From Azolla caroliniana (Eukaryota > Plantae > Polypodiophyta), in NCBI GenBank assembly GCA_043228905.1, contig JBHGNT010000017.1:4836001-4900000 (forward strand): DNA of 64,000 nucleotides, written 5' to 3'. Positions 48,458 to 61,800 of the stretch are shown here, piece after piece; the stretch's first letter is position 1, and each line of letters starts with the position of its first letter. The notes under the pieces are model-generated. The model was not told the origin of the DNA and did no database searches. It saw nothing but the letters and a program-made list of their open reading frames with translations. The position numbers and the translations under genes are program-made.

Positions 48458-50752
48458 TTAGCAATCTCCATAATTCGGCTGATATGGGAATTCATTCCAC
48501 GGACCTGCATCTGAGTGTTCACATCCACCTTTGCACCGGCAAGTGCCACCGAGAAACTCTGGAAGGTTCTCAGGATCCACCAATTCGAGCAATTTGGCAG
48601 CATAATTTGATCCATGCACCTCAATCTTCTTCTGAGTGTTCTTGTCAAGCCATGGCTTGATGAGTTGCCACATGGCCTTGAAAGTGGTAGGGGCATTGAT
48701 GATGATCATCCTACCAAGGTGCTCTGGGTAGTAATCTTGATCGATCCTCGTAATCTTTTGGATGAAATGACGAACTGGCTTGCTCAAGTGCTTCATTGTC
48801 TAGACCCACCCATTAAAACACAAATAAGAATCACCCACCTTATAAGACTTACATACTCTAAACATTGGGGTATTGCAGCTGAAAAAACGTCATTCAAGTT
48901 ACTGAAACCGTATTACTAGACTAGTTGAAAAACATTACATTGCAAGCTGAAAAAAACTCGATTAAGACATTAAAAGAACGACATTGTAAGGCTGCCCAAA
49001 AACACATCAGATAGCATGCTGAAAAAGAAGTACATTGCTAGCCTAATTAATAGACACTGGATAGCATGCCTGAAAAGGACGATCGACATCCGAAAAGAAC
49101 CTCATTACTAGCCAATAAACATAAGGTTGTATGTTGACAATGGTTGATTAAGATGGAAATAAACTATTACTAGACAACCTAGTAGATATCGTATGTTGCA
49201 TGCTGAAAAAGACCGACCAAACGAGAAAGAACCACACTAGTAGACCAATTAATAAACATTGGATTAGATGCCGAAAATTGTCAATTGGGACGGGTAACCA
49301 AAACCTCATTGCCAGACTACTCAATAGACATAGCATTGCATATAAAAAAAGGTTGATAAAAACCCAAACAAGAGTCCATTACACTAAAACCAAGGGTACC
49401 ATTGCATGCCAAAAAACAACGATCAATTCATCAAGGAGAAAGCAGAAAACAAATTACATACCACTCCTTTCAGGTCCAAAATGGTTAATGATTGTGAAAT
49501 TGGCCTGCCAGCAATTTTTGAACATGCTGGAAATTTCCAGTTCAGCAGAATTTCCCACTCTTTGATGTGGTAGAGGAAGAGCCGGTCAAGAGTCGTGATC
49601 CGGAGGAGATCTTCCAAATGAAGCTGCCCATACCTTTCCACATACAATGGCCGCCCATGTTTGTCTGTCTTGTGGTGGAAATGAGGGTATAATTCTTTGG
49701 TTGCTCTTCTCTCTGGGAATGTGAAAGTCTGCAATCATCAAGCATTCCAACTCTTTTTAAATATATCATAAACAGATCTATCCATAATAGTAGGATTTAT
49801 ATGGCATTCTTATTTAAAGTAATCAGGTGAAGTCTAAATTCTTTGGTTGTTCTCCTCTGTATAAGTCATGCATATCTGTCAATGCTACGTGAGTTTCTTA
49901 TTTTTCTTATTTAAAGTTATAGTGGAAAGTACAATTCTTCAGTTGCTCTCATCCTTGTGAAAGTGAAGGTCAGTGATCGTCAAGCCTCCTCACTCCTTTT
50001 TAAGTATATGCCATACAGATCTGTCAATACTAGTAGGATTCATGTAGTATTCATATTTTAAAGTAACCATGTTAATATCTCCCAGTATGCATTACTACTG
50101 TACAATCTAACCCTAAATTGTAGAGTAGTGAATAGAATGTAGGGTTTCATCCATAAAATTAGAATGAAACCCCTAGAATTTAAATCCTAAATACTAAACC
50201 TTGCTATCATGCAACCTCTGAATTCAATGAATGAATCACAGACATACATCGATGCATGTTTAAACATACATACAAATTATAAATGCATAGGCCCACGGAT
50301 CGACATACTTGGTTATGTATGCTTGGTTATGCTGTGTATGTATGTATAAAGAAGATGAGAAGTGCCTCTACAATTTTGTGTCTGTGTACCAATTTCTGGC
50401 CACCACTCCACCATGGTGTCATAGATCATCCTCCCTTTTGTGTATGTGTATGTGTATGCTATGCTATATATAAAGAGGATAAGAGAAGTGCCTCTATGAT
50501 GGTGTCTGCACCAATTTCTTTGCGCCACTCCACCATGGCCTCATACATCATCCTGGCTTTCGTGGTATCATAAGCGCGTGCCTTGAGGAACCGTGCCAGA
50601 TCTGCATCAGTATCCTGAGATCTGAGAACACCCTTGGCATTGAGACAGAATCGGAGAAGACGAAGGGCTTCTTCTTGAGCTTCGGCGATGGGTGCATTAC
50701 ATTGGTTGCTTTCTGAGTGTTCTTCTTCATGAATGTCAACATTAACCTCTGC

Positions 50753-50785
<33 letters not shown>

Positions 50786-50929
50786 AGAAGAGAAATTCAG
50801 GGCGACCAAGTCGTGACTATCTTCACTTATACTCTTTTCTCCTCCTCCTCCTCGAGAATTGGTGCAATTGCTGTATAGGTGTCGCATAGGGCGGGCGAAC
50901 TTGCTCTGTGAAAACTTCAGAGCCGCCAT
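48458..50929 (-). CDS. SEC14-like phosphatidylinositol/phosphatidylcholine transfer protein (CRAL-TRIO)
   Basis: Exons 50929-50492 (GC donor), 49728-49462, 48799-48458. DADLARFLKARAYD, YPHFHHKTDKHGRPLYVERYG, TILDLKGV, DQDYYPEHLGRMIIINAP, PENLPEFLGGTC...SDAGPW. Confidence 0.92.
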
Positions 50930-51109
50930 CGGAAGAAAGAAAGACAAGAAGCAGCAGCAGGAACAGAGAAAAAGAAGAAGGAACAGAAAACAGAAAACAG
51001 GGCTTCGAAATCGTAAAAGGGAAGAAAGAGGAAGAAAGAACTACAATTGGGGGGGGGGGGGGGGTTCCTTAGAAGGAATCAGTAATGGGTATAGCTTCAG
51101 GAAGGGGAC

Positions 51110-51469
51110 ATACTCTCTCTTCTCTCTCTCTTCTCTTCTCTTCTCTTCTCTTCTCTTCTCTTCTCTCAGCTACCTTAATAATACCATCGCTGAAGTCTGA
51201 CACACAGAAAATAATGAAGGGGAGGGAGAGATTTCCTACCCCCAAGCTATGCTATGCTATGCTATCTAGCTATGGTGATGGTGCCTGCGTTTTGTGCTCT
51301 GAAAACGCTCTGCTTTTTTCTTTTCCCAAAATTCTACTTCTAACTTCTAATTTCTATCTATCTATGATCTATCTATGGTATGGTGGTGCCTTGCGTTTCC
51401 AGAGCTCTGAACCTTCCTCTGTCTCTGTCTCTGTCTCTGTCTGTCTCTCTGTGTCTCTGTCTCTCTGTG

Positions 51470-51516
<47 letters not shown>

Positions 51517-51775
51517 CTCTGTCTTTGTCTCTGTCTCTGTCTATATATATATATACACTGTATATACAGTGTACACATACACAGACATTAGCTCTGTTTT
51601 TTTTTTTTCTTATGTACAAAATACATACATACATTATGTATAAGGATGTATGAAATTTTTTTTGTGTTGCTTTTTCTTTTGGGTTATCTGTGCTCTTTTG
51701 CTTTTGGATTATGAGTGCTTTTTTTTTTCCTTTAGGAAGCTCCAACACACACACACACACACACACACACATATG
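51110..51775. repeat. Compound microsatellite field: (CTCTT)n, (CTCTGT)n, (CT)n, (TA)n, (CA)n
   Basis: Directly visible upstream of the SEC14-like gene. Confidence 0.9.
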
Positions 51776-52899
51776 TGGGCTCCAACAAACATATAGTTAT
51801 GAATATAAATGATAAATGTGCATGATGTGTGTGTCGGACTCGTGTGTGTCCATGGAAGAGGCCCCAAAATCACGGCCGAAAATTGTGCTTTGTTTCCCCC
51901 CCCCCCCCCCCCCCCCCGAACTCCAGAATCGGTGGCGCCCGGCTCCATTTCCAATTCTCTTACCTTTTCGTCTCTTGGGAATATGAATGAATATCTATAA
52001 TACAAACCCGACGGAGAGGAGCGCATTCGTCCCCAAATTCACCACCACCATCATCATCATTGGCTTCTGCTGCTGTCCGAAATATAGGCATGTTTCTCTC
52101 GAGCAAATTCCATGTATAATCAATCATCGGAGTTTTCTTTTGCTTCCTTTCCCCATAATTTACCTTGAAAATGGGAACTCGGGTAAATCACTTGAAACAC
52201 TCACTAGCCTAGCTTATTAGTTTGAAGTTGAAAAAACTTTCCCCCAGGTATAAAAATTTGATGATGGCGATGGCAATTTTCGATGACCTCAAGAGGTTAC
52301 AAACAAACCTGAGTTGTATTATATGATACTCTTAAGAATATGGGTTACAAGAGTGTTTATGTTGTAATCCCAGAAAATGCTTTGCGTAGAGGTATATGAT
52401 TTTTATTGTAATCCTAGAATTATCTCGAAACATACATGGCCAATTAGTAGAGACAAATTTCCCAAAGAGAGATTATGATGTTTTAACATCCTCGATTTAA
52501 GAGTTTTGTGGGAAAACTGGGGTTATTCAGAATTTTGGTAAATCTCACTCAAAAAAAGGACACTTGAATGATCCCTAAAAAATCGCCTACTTACTTTCGA
52601 TAAAAAGGAAGCACGACTCTTTGTGTTTCTGAAAAACTAGGCTTTACATTAACTTCTCACACCAAAACAAAGCCTCGATAAAGCTATAGTTCAACAACTC
52701 AAAAGTATATTGGATTGTACATGTGTGCACTTACACATATGCATGAGAAAAAGTTAGTCGAACAAAAAATGGCCCATCAAGAACATAAGTCTAGAAGCGT
52801 TATAAGAATGAACCATTGAAAAGAATGGTGGTTCTAACTAGACTCGATTTAGAATCAATCAACAATGTCATAATCCAATGGTGGTTTCAAGGTCCCATG

Positions 52900-55050
52900 T
52901 CGGCAATTGGTTGTAAAGATATTGTTGATGGTTTCATAACAAAACCCACTTAACGTGAAGGTGTGGAAAACAGAAAGGACATGTAGTGCTAATTATCTCA
53001 AAATGTATACCACACAATGTTGAAGTTCCATAACATTTTTGTGGGACTTTCCACTTAGTAGTAAATTTCGGCGAAGGGGGAGGAGTTATGACAACTCCAT
53101 CAATATATTGAAATCAATGTCTTCTCATAATCTCGCAACCTTCTTGTAACAAAAGGACACATGGAAACATTTGTGAGTCTTTGGGTCCCATAAATCGACA
53201 TCTCTTGGCTTATGAGGATTATAAAATATCCTCCTCCAAAAAAGTCCCTCATATTGACTTCTTAGGATTGTATGGAAAGGAAGCAAAAAGGTCCAAAAGA
53301 CACATAAAAACAAATTTGCTTGTTCTTGTGAGGCGTAAGATATAACAAAATGGTTTGTAAGATAGTATGCAACACACTTGCTTGTGATGCACCAATATAT
53401 TCCTCTGTGAATGAGGTCTTTTTGTAACACCAATGTATCATGACATGGAAAAATATGGAGGCTCATGCTTCACACATTATACTACATAATTTGCACCTAA
53501 CTACAAAACCATATTCTTTGTTGAACAGGGAAATCACACACATCAATACATGTTAGAGCCCATCCCATTATCTGCCATCCGAACCATCATTAGAGCCCAT
53601 CCCATTATCTGCCATCCGAACCATCGCTTACACTCACTGCAATGTGAGACGGGGCATTAGAGCACAAGTGATGATAGTAGTTGATTGTGCACACTTTGGC
53701 TTAAACAAGTGTGGGGGTTTGAGTATCACTCTTTGATACAATGCTTTGTTTGCATTTGATCACATTTGACTATGTTTTCCACACATCGTCGACCAAATTT
53801 TTTGAATATTGAGAGTCACTAACCAATTTCACATGTATGATCTTTTTGGTCTTATACGTTATATTTGACCTTTGAACACAATTATAAAATCTATTTATCT
53901 ATCTTTAACAATGCAAGGAAGTTTCTATGAAAGTAAATGAATGCTTAAACAAGACTGAACATAAGTATACATTGAAAGAGGAAAAAAATGGGTATTGAGA
54001 ATGATGTAAGCAAAATGAAGAATGTATGCACAACAAAGTCATGGGAAAAAAAGGGTATCAAGAATGATGTAAGCAAAATGAAGAATGTATGCACAACAAA
54101 GTCATGGGTTGATGTATGCACATCTTGACCATTCTTTGTATTGGTTTTGTTGTTCCATTGAAAAGTGAGGTCTAACATACAATGTGTCTAATTGCTAGGG
54201 AAGGACCGTAAGTGTTGGCGTTTGAGTGGTCTATGTCGCGATGGCCATTTGCATTGGTTTTGAGAATTAACATTCACTATTACATGCTTCCCAACCTTGC
54301 CTTCATATCTACAAGGGCTGGTATATCTTTGCTTCCTCCTGACATGGAAGGTACAATGGACTAATTTTCCTTTGTGTTGCACATGTTGGTGATTGGATGT
54401 CACACCCCATAATGTTGGAGTTTGACTTGTTAGCCTTATTTCCTCATCCAAATCTCCTCATAATGGAGAATCCAAGTCTCCTTCTCTTATGACGGACTAT
54501 ACAATGGTTACTGTTAAACATCAATCATAGCATTTAATGCAACTTGGTGCATCTTCCCCGTCGAGGTACTTTGACTTACCAAATTGCACATTAATGATCT
54601 CAAGTACTATATGCGAGCCTTCACTAGTAAACTTTATGAGATGCTTCCTAAGTCTCATTACAAAGAATAAAGGTCCATATGACCCTTCATCGGAGCATTT
54701 GTGTTTTGGCCTTGATCTTGTTGTTATCAGGAGCCATAAGCTAGTATCATCAACTTCAAATGGTTCTACCTCCAAGGTTTACACATGTTTTGTCTCATCA
54801 TTATATATGTCAAGACTTTGAGAAGTTGTAACTAACTACATGCTTAACATGACCAACACAAAAGCTCCCCCATAACTCATGTTCGTACATCCCTTTAGGA
54901 CGAGTTCCATTCACTTGGACCAAAGATAGATACTCCAACCCTGGAGTGCTAAATTTAGGGTAGCCACACCCTCGCTCTTTCTTTCCCTTGGCTTTTGGGG
55001 TTTTGAGGAGTTCACAATTTTTGCGGCCTAAACTCTCGAGAGACCTTGTG
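52900..55050 (-). mobile_element. Decayed LTR-retrotransposon remnant (gag-like and integrase-like traces)
   Basis: Minus-strand fragments FFVMRLRKHLIKF (gag-like), CRYEGKVGKH (knuckle-like) and YLTNHFVISY...ANLF (integrase-like), all heavily mutated. Confidence 0.3.
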
Positions 55051-55399
55051 ACTCCTACCTATTGCTTAACCCTCAATGACTACAATTAGTCATGTGATCC
55101 AAGATCTATCTAGGTATATTGTGTTTTTCGGGGTTTACCTTGGGAAATCTACCAAGAAACGCCTAGCATTTCACAAAATTCAACCTCATTAAATCTAGGT
55201 ATATTGTGTTTTTTGGTGCCTACCTTGGGAAATCAACCTCATTAAATCTAAGACATTATTAAATGATATTCACAAATGTTAGTCTTAGTCATTTATTCAC
55301 AATTATAAATTATGTTAAAATTTTGAAGACAGCCTTTGGTATCAATACATGGGAAAATTTAACCATTTGTGTAGCCTAGGTTATGGAAACACTATTTTT

Positions 55400-56460
55400 A
55401 AAACAATGTTTTACTACTATAAAGAAGCATATAATTCATTGTTCCTCACCTTTAAAGAAAAGGAGCTTTATATCAACTAAACAAAAGAATCCAAAACAAT
55501 TTCAAAATGTCCTTACATTCATAGACTTGCAAAAGGTGTATATACTGGTCATGTTGAGAGTAGGTGTGTAAAATGAACCATTATTGTGTGGGAGTGTACC
55601 ATTAAGTGATCTCTCCAAGAGTCCAATAGTAAAACACATATGACATCAACCATATTAAAGAAGAAGTGTGCTATCTATCATTTATTGCCCTTAGTGAGCC
55701 CAACAAAGCAATCGCATTGACACCATACATTGGCTAGAGCCATTGAAGTGGAATAAGCCTCACCATTAAGAATATGAGAGCTGAACTCTTCCATTTACTA
55801 ACATAGAGTAATTCTAACGCAACCATACCAAAAGAATACATGTGTATGGTAGTCCTATATCTCCACATATAAAAAGTGCCACTAGTGCTTAGTTTGTAGG
55901 CGTGAACATCTTAATCTAATCAATTCCCCCCATGGAATGAATGCACCATTATTTCATGTTGTGGGGTCCGAAGAATAACAATGTTATACTTGCATGGCAG
56001 GGGATTTCCGATTTATAGAGATCAAAATACTAAAACATATCATAAATGAATTATATGATTTGATAACTAATTCCCATAATTATGCACCATATCATGCATG
56101 TCTTCCAAATGGAGTACATTTTGGATAATGCCTTTCAAGTTAATGTACAAATAATGTACAAATCAAACAAAGAAGACACTATTCTCTTATGGATATAGAA
56201 TGGAAGCAAAGTCCGTGGGCTACAAAGAATGGTAAAAAGGTGTAGAACAAAACAAATGTTCATGAACACCTTTAGTACCACTGATCTTGTCACCAAAGCC
56301 AGGTGAAGGGTGATGAATAATTTTATTGTTTTGAATGAATTCAAGAAAGCTTTTGACATGATACCCATGCATATCTTTGGAGACGAGCAGAAAAAATTGA
56401 ATATCAAGTAAATCATATGTTATCAATTTCTCAAATCTATAAAATATCATACGTGCATTA
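55400..56460 (+). mobile_element. LINE RT fragments
   Basis: TFIDLQKVY (~55515) and FKKAFDMIP (~56340) resemble the RT domain motif F(I/V)D(L/F)xKA(F/Y)D. Confidence 0.45.
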
Positions 56461-57012
56461 TTGAATTTCTAAAACAATTAGGCATTGATTTGATGATTTT
56501 AACAAACACTTAAGCTGCACAAGGTTAAACGCACAACAGGAAAATTGCATGCATAATAAGTCGACTGTCAATAACCCTGAAACAAAGGTTTATGATTGTA
56601 GAGACAAAATAAGGATAAACCATGCATTGCAGACAACAATGAGCCACTTGAGAGTAGAAAGCTTTTTAAATACCTTCGGTTGGAAGCTCCCTCTAATTAC
56701 AGATCAAATGAATGTGATACTTGTTGCTTTTCTAATCTGCAGGCTATCACTATAAAAAGAAAATTATGGAAGCAAGAAAGAGAACTCCAGATGCATTTGA
56801 GAACATATACAATTAAAGAGAAGTGGTAGCATCGCTAAGTCTACTTGGAAAGAGTTTGAAAATGTCAGTCAAGATATGAACACGATATTGCTTCAGCTTC
56901 TTAAGATCAGATCACTTAGCCATGGATCATGGAAATGATATGGTTCATTCAAAAAAAATCTCACTTTAAAAAAAGATTATATTAAACTCAGCTATTTACT
57001 ATTAGAAGCGAC

Positions 57013-60000
57013 TCATTTACGTTTTGATGCACGTTTCCCCTGCCCCTTCTTTGGTGGAGCTTTTCCTTGCCTACGCATTCTCTCTAATCTATCAATTCGC
57101 CTGCAAAAAAAGAGAAAGTGTCTCCACCCGTCATGACCACTTCTACTCCACCATGACATATCCACATCTAAAAAGAGGTGTGATAGTTAAAATCTGAAAT
57201 ACTTTGAGCTTTACTAAATTGAGATCCATAAGAAAGATAAACAATCCACAAGTTACCAACACAATGCACTAGCAATCATCCAAAATAGTAATCGATTCAT
57301 ACAAAGTAACAATGTATTCATCTGAAATAGATGTTGCACAGGTTTAATTACTAAATGGAACCAAAGCACCAAACCCGCAGATCACTTAATATTTCTTAGT
57401 AATAGCGTATTGCAGTGCTAAGGTATACATTCCCACATGCTTGAAGATACAGATACCAATGCTGGGTGAGATTTGAATAGTTTGAATAGAGATGTGAATC
57501 TCTTAGCAACAGTGAAGAACATTTAACTGATACATCCAGAATTCAATTCTGCCACTTCATATATATATATATGAATGTTTGAGAAGAGTTTTCAGGAATT
57601 CACTGCTAGAACTTTGTTCAACACGTTCCTGTCCTAAACCTTTAATCATACACTGTAAAGGGTGGATAAAAGCCACAACTGTGCTCATGGTTAATCACAA
57701 ATGCCACCAAAATATGTGTGGAACCTAAGATGCAAGGGAAAAAAAACTAATAAAAGCAAATCTTCTCATTTGGCTGGGTTCTCGACATTATGAAATGGTT
57801 TAAAAGATGGGAAGTAAAAGATCTATTGAGCTCTCAGGTGATGCTATGAAGCATGTGATCATGGAGGATAAAATACTAGAGGCACTAAGGATGAAGTGGC
57901 AAGATGTTAAAATGTCAAAATCCGTATTAGTACATTGCAAATGTTAACCCTGAATGTTGTAAACAATACAAGATAAAAATTCCAGAACTTATCTAACTGC
58001 ATCTTACTATCCCCATGAGCTTGGGCTTTGAAGAGCCGTAACACTTCACCAAACTCACTGACACAAGTTAAGTGTTGAGGTAACATCATGGCATTATCAC
58101 CCTATGTAGGAATATATATGCGAGGTAGGCAATGAAAACCTGGTGGAGGATGAATATCATGCACTTCCTGCAAGCTTCACATATAGTTCATGATAAATAC
58201 GATGACTTGTTAGATATCACGATAATTGAAGTCTCTACCAAGAAGGTCATGACATATTTTTGAGATTAAAGATCCTTCGGTTGCTCCTATTCAACTAGAA
58301 AAATGTTTTTATATAATTTAATATTTTCTGATTTTTGTATACAGCCTCGTTTTCAGAACTGCACTACAAAAAACATTTGCACACTGAATGGGGTGTTTGG
58401 ACAAGACTCCCACTCAACATTAAATAGGTATTTAAGAGCCCATGACTTAGCTGTCCCATCAGCGTTTAAATTTCTTCTTCCAAGAGCATATTCTATGTAT
58501 CTTGAATAGCACACACACATATATGTGTGTGTGCACTCCTAGGTTGTACATTTTTTTAAAGTACCGTGGCTTTTGTTTTGCAGAACTGCGTCTGGTTTCT
58601 TTAATCTCCCCTATGTGTTAAACCCCATTATTGTTTTGCAGAACTACATCTGGTTTCTTTAATCTCCCCTATGTGTTAAACCCCATTGATTGTTTTTACT
58701 TTCTATATTTCTGCCTTTAGATATTTCAGATAACTACCATTCTATCTTCACTTCTCTACACATACATGTGTATTATGTTCACCCACATCTACTCCGATTT
58801 GCCGACAATATATCTTCACCCTATCAGAAGGGCAAAGTTGAAGCAATGGATTCTTGTGTATATCTAGGATTCACATTTACAAGCACGAGTGGGTGCTTCT
58901 CAATGACCCAAGCCACCAAAAATTGGCTAACTCGAGATATGCAGCTCTAGCCACTAGACAGACTTCCACGAGGCTTGTACCTAAGTATAGTTATTATGGT
59001 CAACCCAGCCCTCATGTACCCTGCATCAATATGGGCTCCTGGCTCCCCATGTACATGTGGACACAAATAGAGCATCCAATAGTCATGAAGTTGTCACAAA
59101 TGATACATGGAAAAACGTGCACAACAAGAGAACATCAGTGCTGAATTGGGAGCACCCTGCGTGATGGTAGAAGCACTATTCCAAACAATGAACCTCATCA
59201 ACCAGATTTGAACCATTCTACATCAAAGAATTACATCTAAGGCGTTTCAATCATCAAACCAAATGGCAACAATAGAACATGCAAAAGGATTATGGTGTTG
59301 ACAGATGATAAAGTGGTTCAACAACAATGGCCTCGACAAGGATAGCAGCACTATAATATCAAACCTGGTAGAGTTGGTGCAATGAATTCTCAAGTGAGCA
59401 AAACTATACTATTTCTACTAGGTTGTGGTGGTTAACATTTCAGCTCACATTATCAACTAAAGCTTTATACTGGTTGTTCGAGAAGATGATTCCACTAAAG
59501 GTTTACTCAAGGAGGAAACATTTGACCATACAATTTCAAATGTTTCGTTGCATATACTATGTGGAGGTATACGTGCCTGATAAGATCGTACTAAGTCTGA
59601 CACAAAGAGTAGGAAACACGTCTTACAAAAGGCTACAAACTATATGTTCTAATTAAAAAATTCCACATGACTTATATAGAGAGATTGAGAAATCAAAAGG
59701 AAGATATAGCAAAGAGCATGAAGTAGAAATAGATCACAAGTAGGAGTCCGAATCCATAGATGAAGATTAAAAAATATTTGGTGATCCCTAAAGGAACTCA
59801 ATTCAACACAAGGTCACATCCATAGTAGGGCAGTAAGCTTTCAAATACTAGACCAAGGTTAGAATAAGGCTATGGTGTTTGAGTATGAAAGCATATTGGA
59901 TGATCAGACATGGGCTTTAGTTGATAGACCACACACAGGGGTCATCGAGACCAATTAGACCTTGACGACCACATACAAGGTTGTTGGGTTTGTGGATAAT

Positions 60001-61244
60001 TACAAACACAAGAAGAGTGACAAGAAGGTAAGCACAAAAGGTGTCATGTTTTGAGGAGTTGCTCATTACAAGGCTTGCAATGTTTCAAGTAAGCTTGATT
60101 GTGTTCACCACTTGAAACTACCAATATACTAGATTGATGTAATATCTACCTTTCTAGATGGATAATCAAGAAGGAAGTATTAGTGGCGCAACCTCCAAGC
60201 TTCGAGTTGCCTAATTTGAAAGGAAAGGTCTTAAGTTTATGAGAACTTAAACAACCAAAAGAAGAAAGCAAGGGCCTGGTATGAGCAAGAGCATAAATTC
60301 CTCAAAATATTCGACTTAGAAGATGTACAGCATGCTAGAATGACTATATGCTGAATAGGGTCCTAGGGTCATTGGAAAGATATCCACACAATTGTCCACT
60401 GATGGTCAATAGTAAATAGCCTTCACCCTTAGTCCTTGGCCAAAATTGATCTGACCAAGCTTTGCTTCCATACTTCAAGTCAAGACCTTCTCAGAAGAAG
60501 AAAATTTGTATAGATGGGGGTGTAAAGAGTTGGCAACCAGGAAATAATGCAACATTACATCCTCGTCCAACAAGATAAGATACACACTGACACAACTATA
60601 TCAGTGTGTATGTACACATATGTACATATACTTATTTCACTACAGGACTATAATATATAATGCTCGGAAGCTTGATTAATATCATCTAACTGAAATATGT
60701 AAATTTTTGTCATCGAGACAAGACAATGACACCAAACTATACCTACCAGATCTCTCCACCCAGAAAGAAGGAAGACAAAATAAATGCTCGAGACTAATAA
60801 AAATTATGAACCACACTCATGGGTCTCTTACAACACTATAAAAGGAGTCACACACACACACACACACACTGCCCACATGCATATACATTGCCCTCAGATG
60901 TACAAATGTAACATATAACAAAAAACAGAACAGAAAAGAACATGAGAATTGAGTTGAGTGAGGGGGGGTGGGCACAATAAACATCATACTGAAATCACTT
61001 ACTCTTCTTCTCCGGGAGTGAATCCTGGGAACTTGTTGGCGACAGACTGAGGATACCATTCCAAGACCTTGCCTCCGATGATCTTCCGCCTCAGAATCTT
61101 CCTCCCAGACCTCTGCCCATCCCCTCCTCCCACGGCGTGCCCGAAGATGCGGGCGGATGCCTCTGCAACCCCCCGCAAAGCCGCCGCCTTCAGCAACGAG
61201 CCAAGGCGAAGGGTGAGGGTGAGGGTACCCCCCATCGCCTCCAT
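57013..61244 (-). CDS. Mitochondrial ribosomal protein mS33 (RSM27/MRPS33 family)
   Basis: Exons 61244-61003 (GA|gtaagt) and 57100-57013 (tgcag|G). AEASARIFGH...GQRSGRKILRRKIIGGKVLEWYP...EEERIDRLERMRRQGKAPPKKGQGKRASKRK*. 3.9-kb TE-filled intron. Confidence 0.92.
58050..59350 (+). mobile_element. RTEX-like LINE fragments inside the mS33 intron (antisense to the gene)
   Basis: VEDEYHAL (~58142) and KVEAMDSCVYLGFTFT (~58833). Nucleotide similarity to 14470-14800 (CATGTGGA..CAA.TAGAG; TAGAAGCACT.TTCCAA). Confidence 0.6.
59650..60350 (+). mobile_element. Ty1/Copia reverse-transcriptase remnant inside the mS33 intron
   Basis: EYESILDDQTWALVDRP (~59880), IDVISTFLDG and EVLVAQPPSFE (~60130-60210), ARAWYE (~60268). 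Confidence 0.7.
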
Positions 61245-61282
61245 CAATCCTTCCTGCGCGCCTCTGCTCTGCTCTTTCTGAT

Positions 61283-61714
61283 TGTATGTATGTACGAATC
61301 AGTACGATAGTATGTATGCACGTATGGTATGTATGTATGTACGTATGGTCTGTATGTATGTATCCACGTATGGTATGGTATGTATGTATGTATGTATGTA
61401 TGTATGTATGTACGTATGTATGTATGTACGTACGTACGTATGGTACGTATGTGTATGGTATGTATGGTTTGTATGTGTATGTGTATATGTATGTATGTAT
61501 GTATGTATGGTTTGTATGTATATGTGTATATGTATGTAGTATCATGTATGTATGGTTTGTATGTATATATGTATATGTATGTATGTATGGTTTGTATGTA
61601 TATGTGTATATGTACGTATGGTTTGTATGTATATGTGTATATGCATGGTTTGTATGTATATATGTATATGTAAATGTATGTATATGTGTATATGTATGTA
61701 TGTACGTATATGTG

Positions 61715-61746
<32 letters not shown>

Positions 61747-61800
61747 TGTATGTATGTATGGTATGTATGTTCATGTATGTATGTATGTATGTATGTATTG
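61283..61800. repeat. ~500-bp (TGTA)n compound microsatellite in the probable 5'UTR intron of mS33
   Basis: Directly visible; minus-strand acceptor acaatcag| at 61278. Confidence 0.85.

Noticed and set aside
51048-51917. G-run (~51048-51064) and C-run (~51896-51917) as an inverted pair or G-quadruplex
   Set aside because: Simple homopolymers with no flanking inverted similarity or TSD.
53552-54110. Short two-copy tandem duplications (38 bp and ~62 bp; similar ones at 19032, 22987, 37725, 58573)
   Set aside because: Ordinary local duplications with no evident function.
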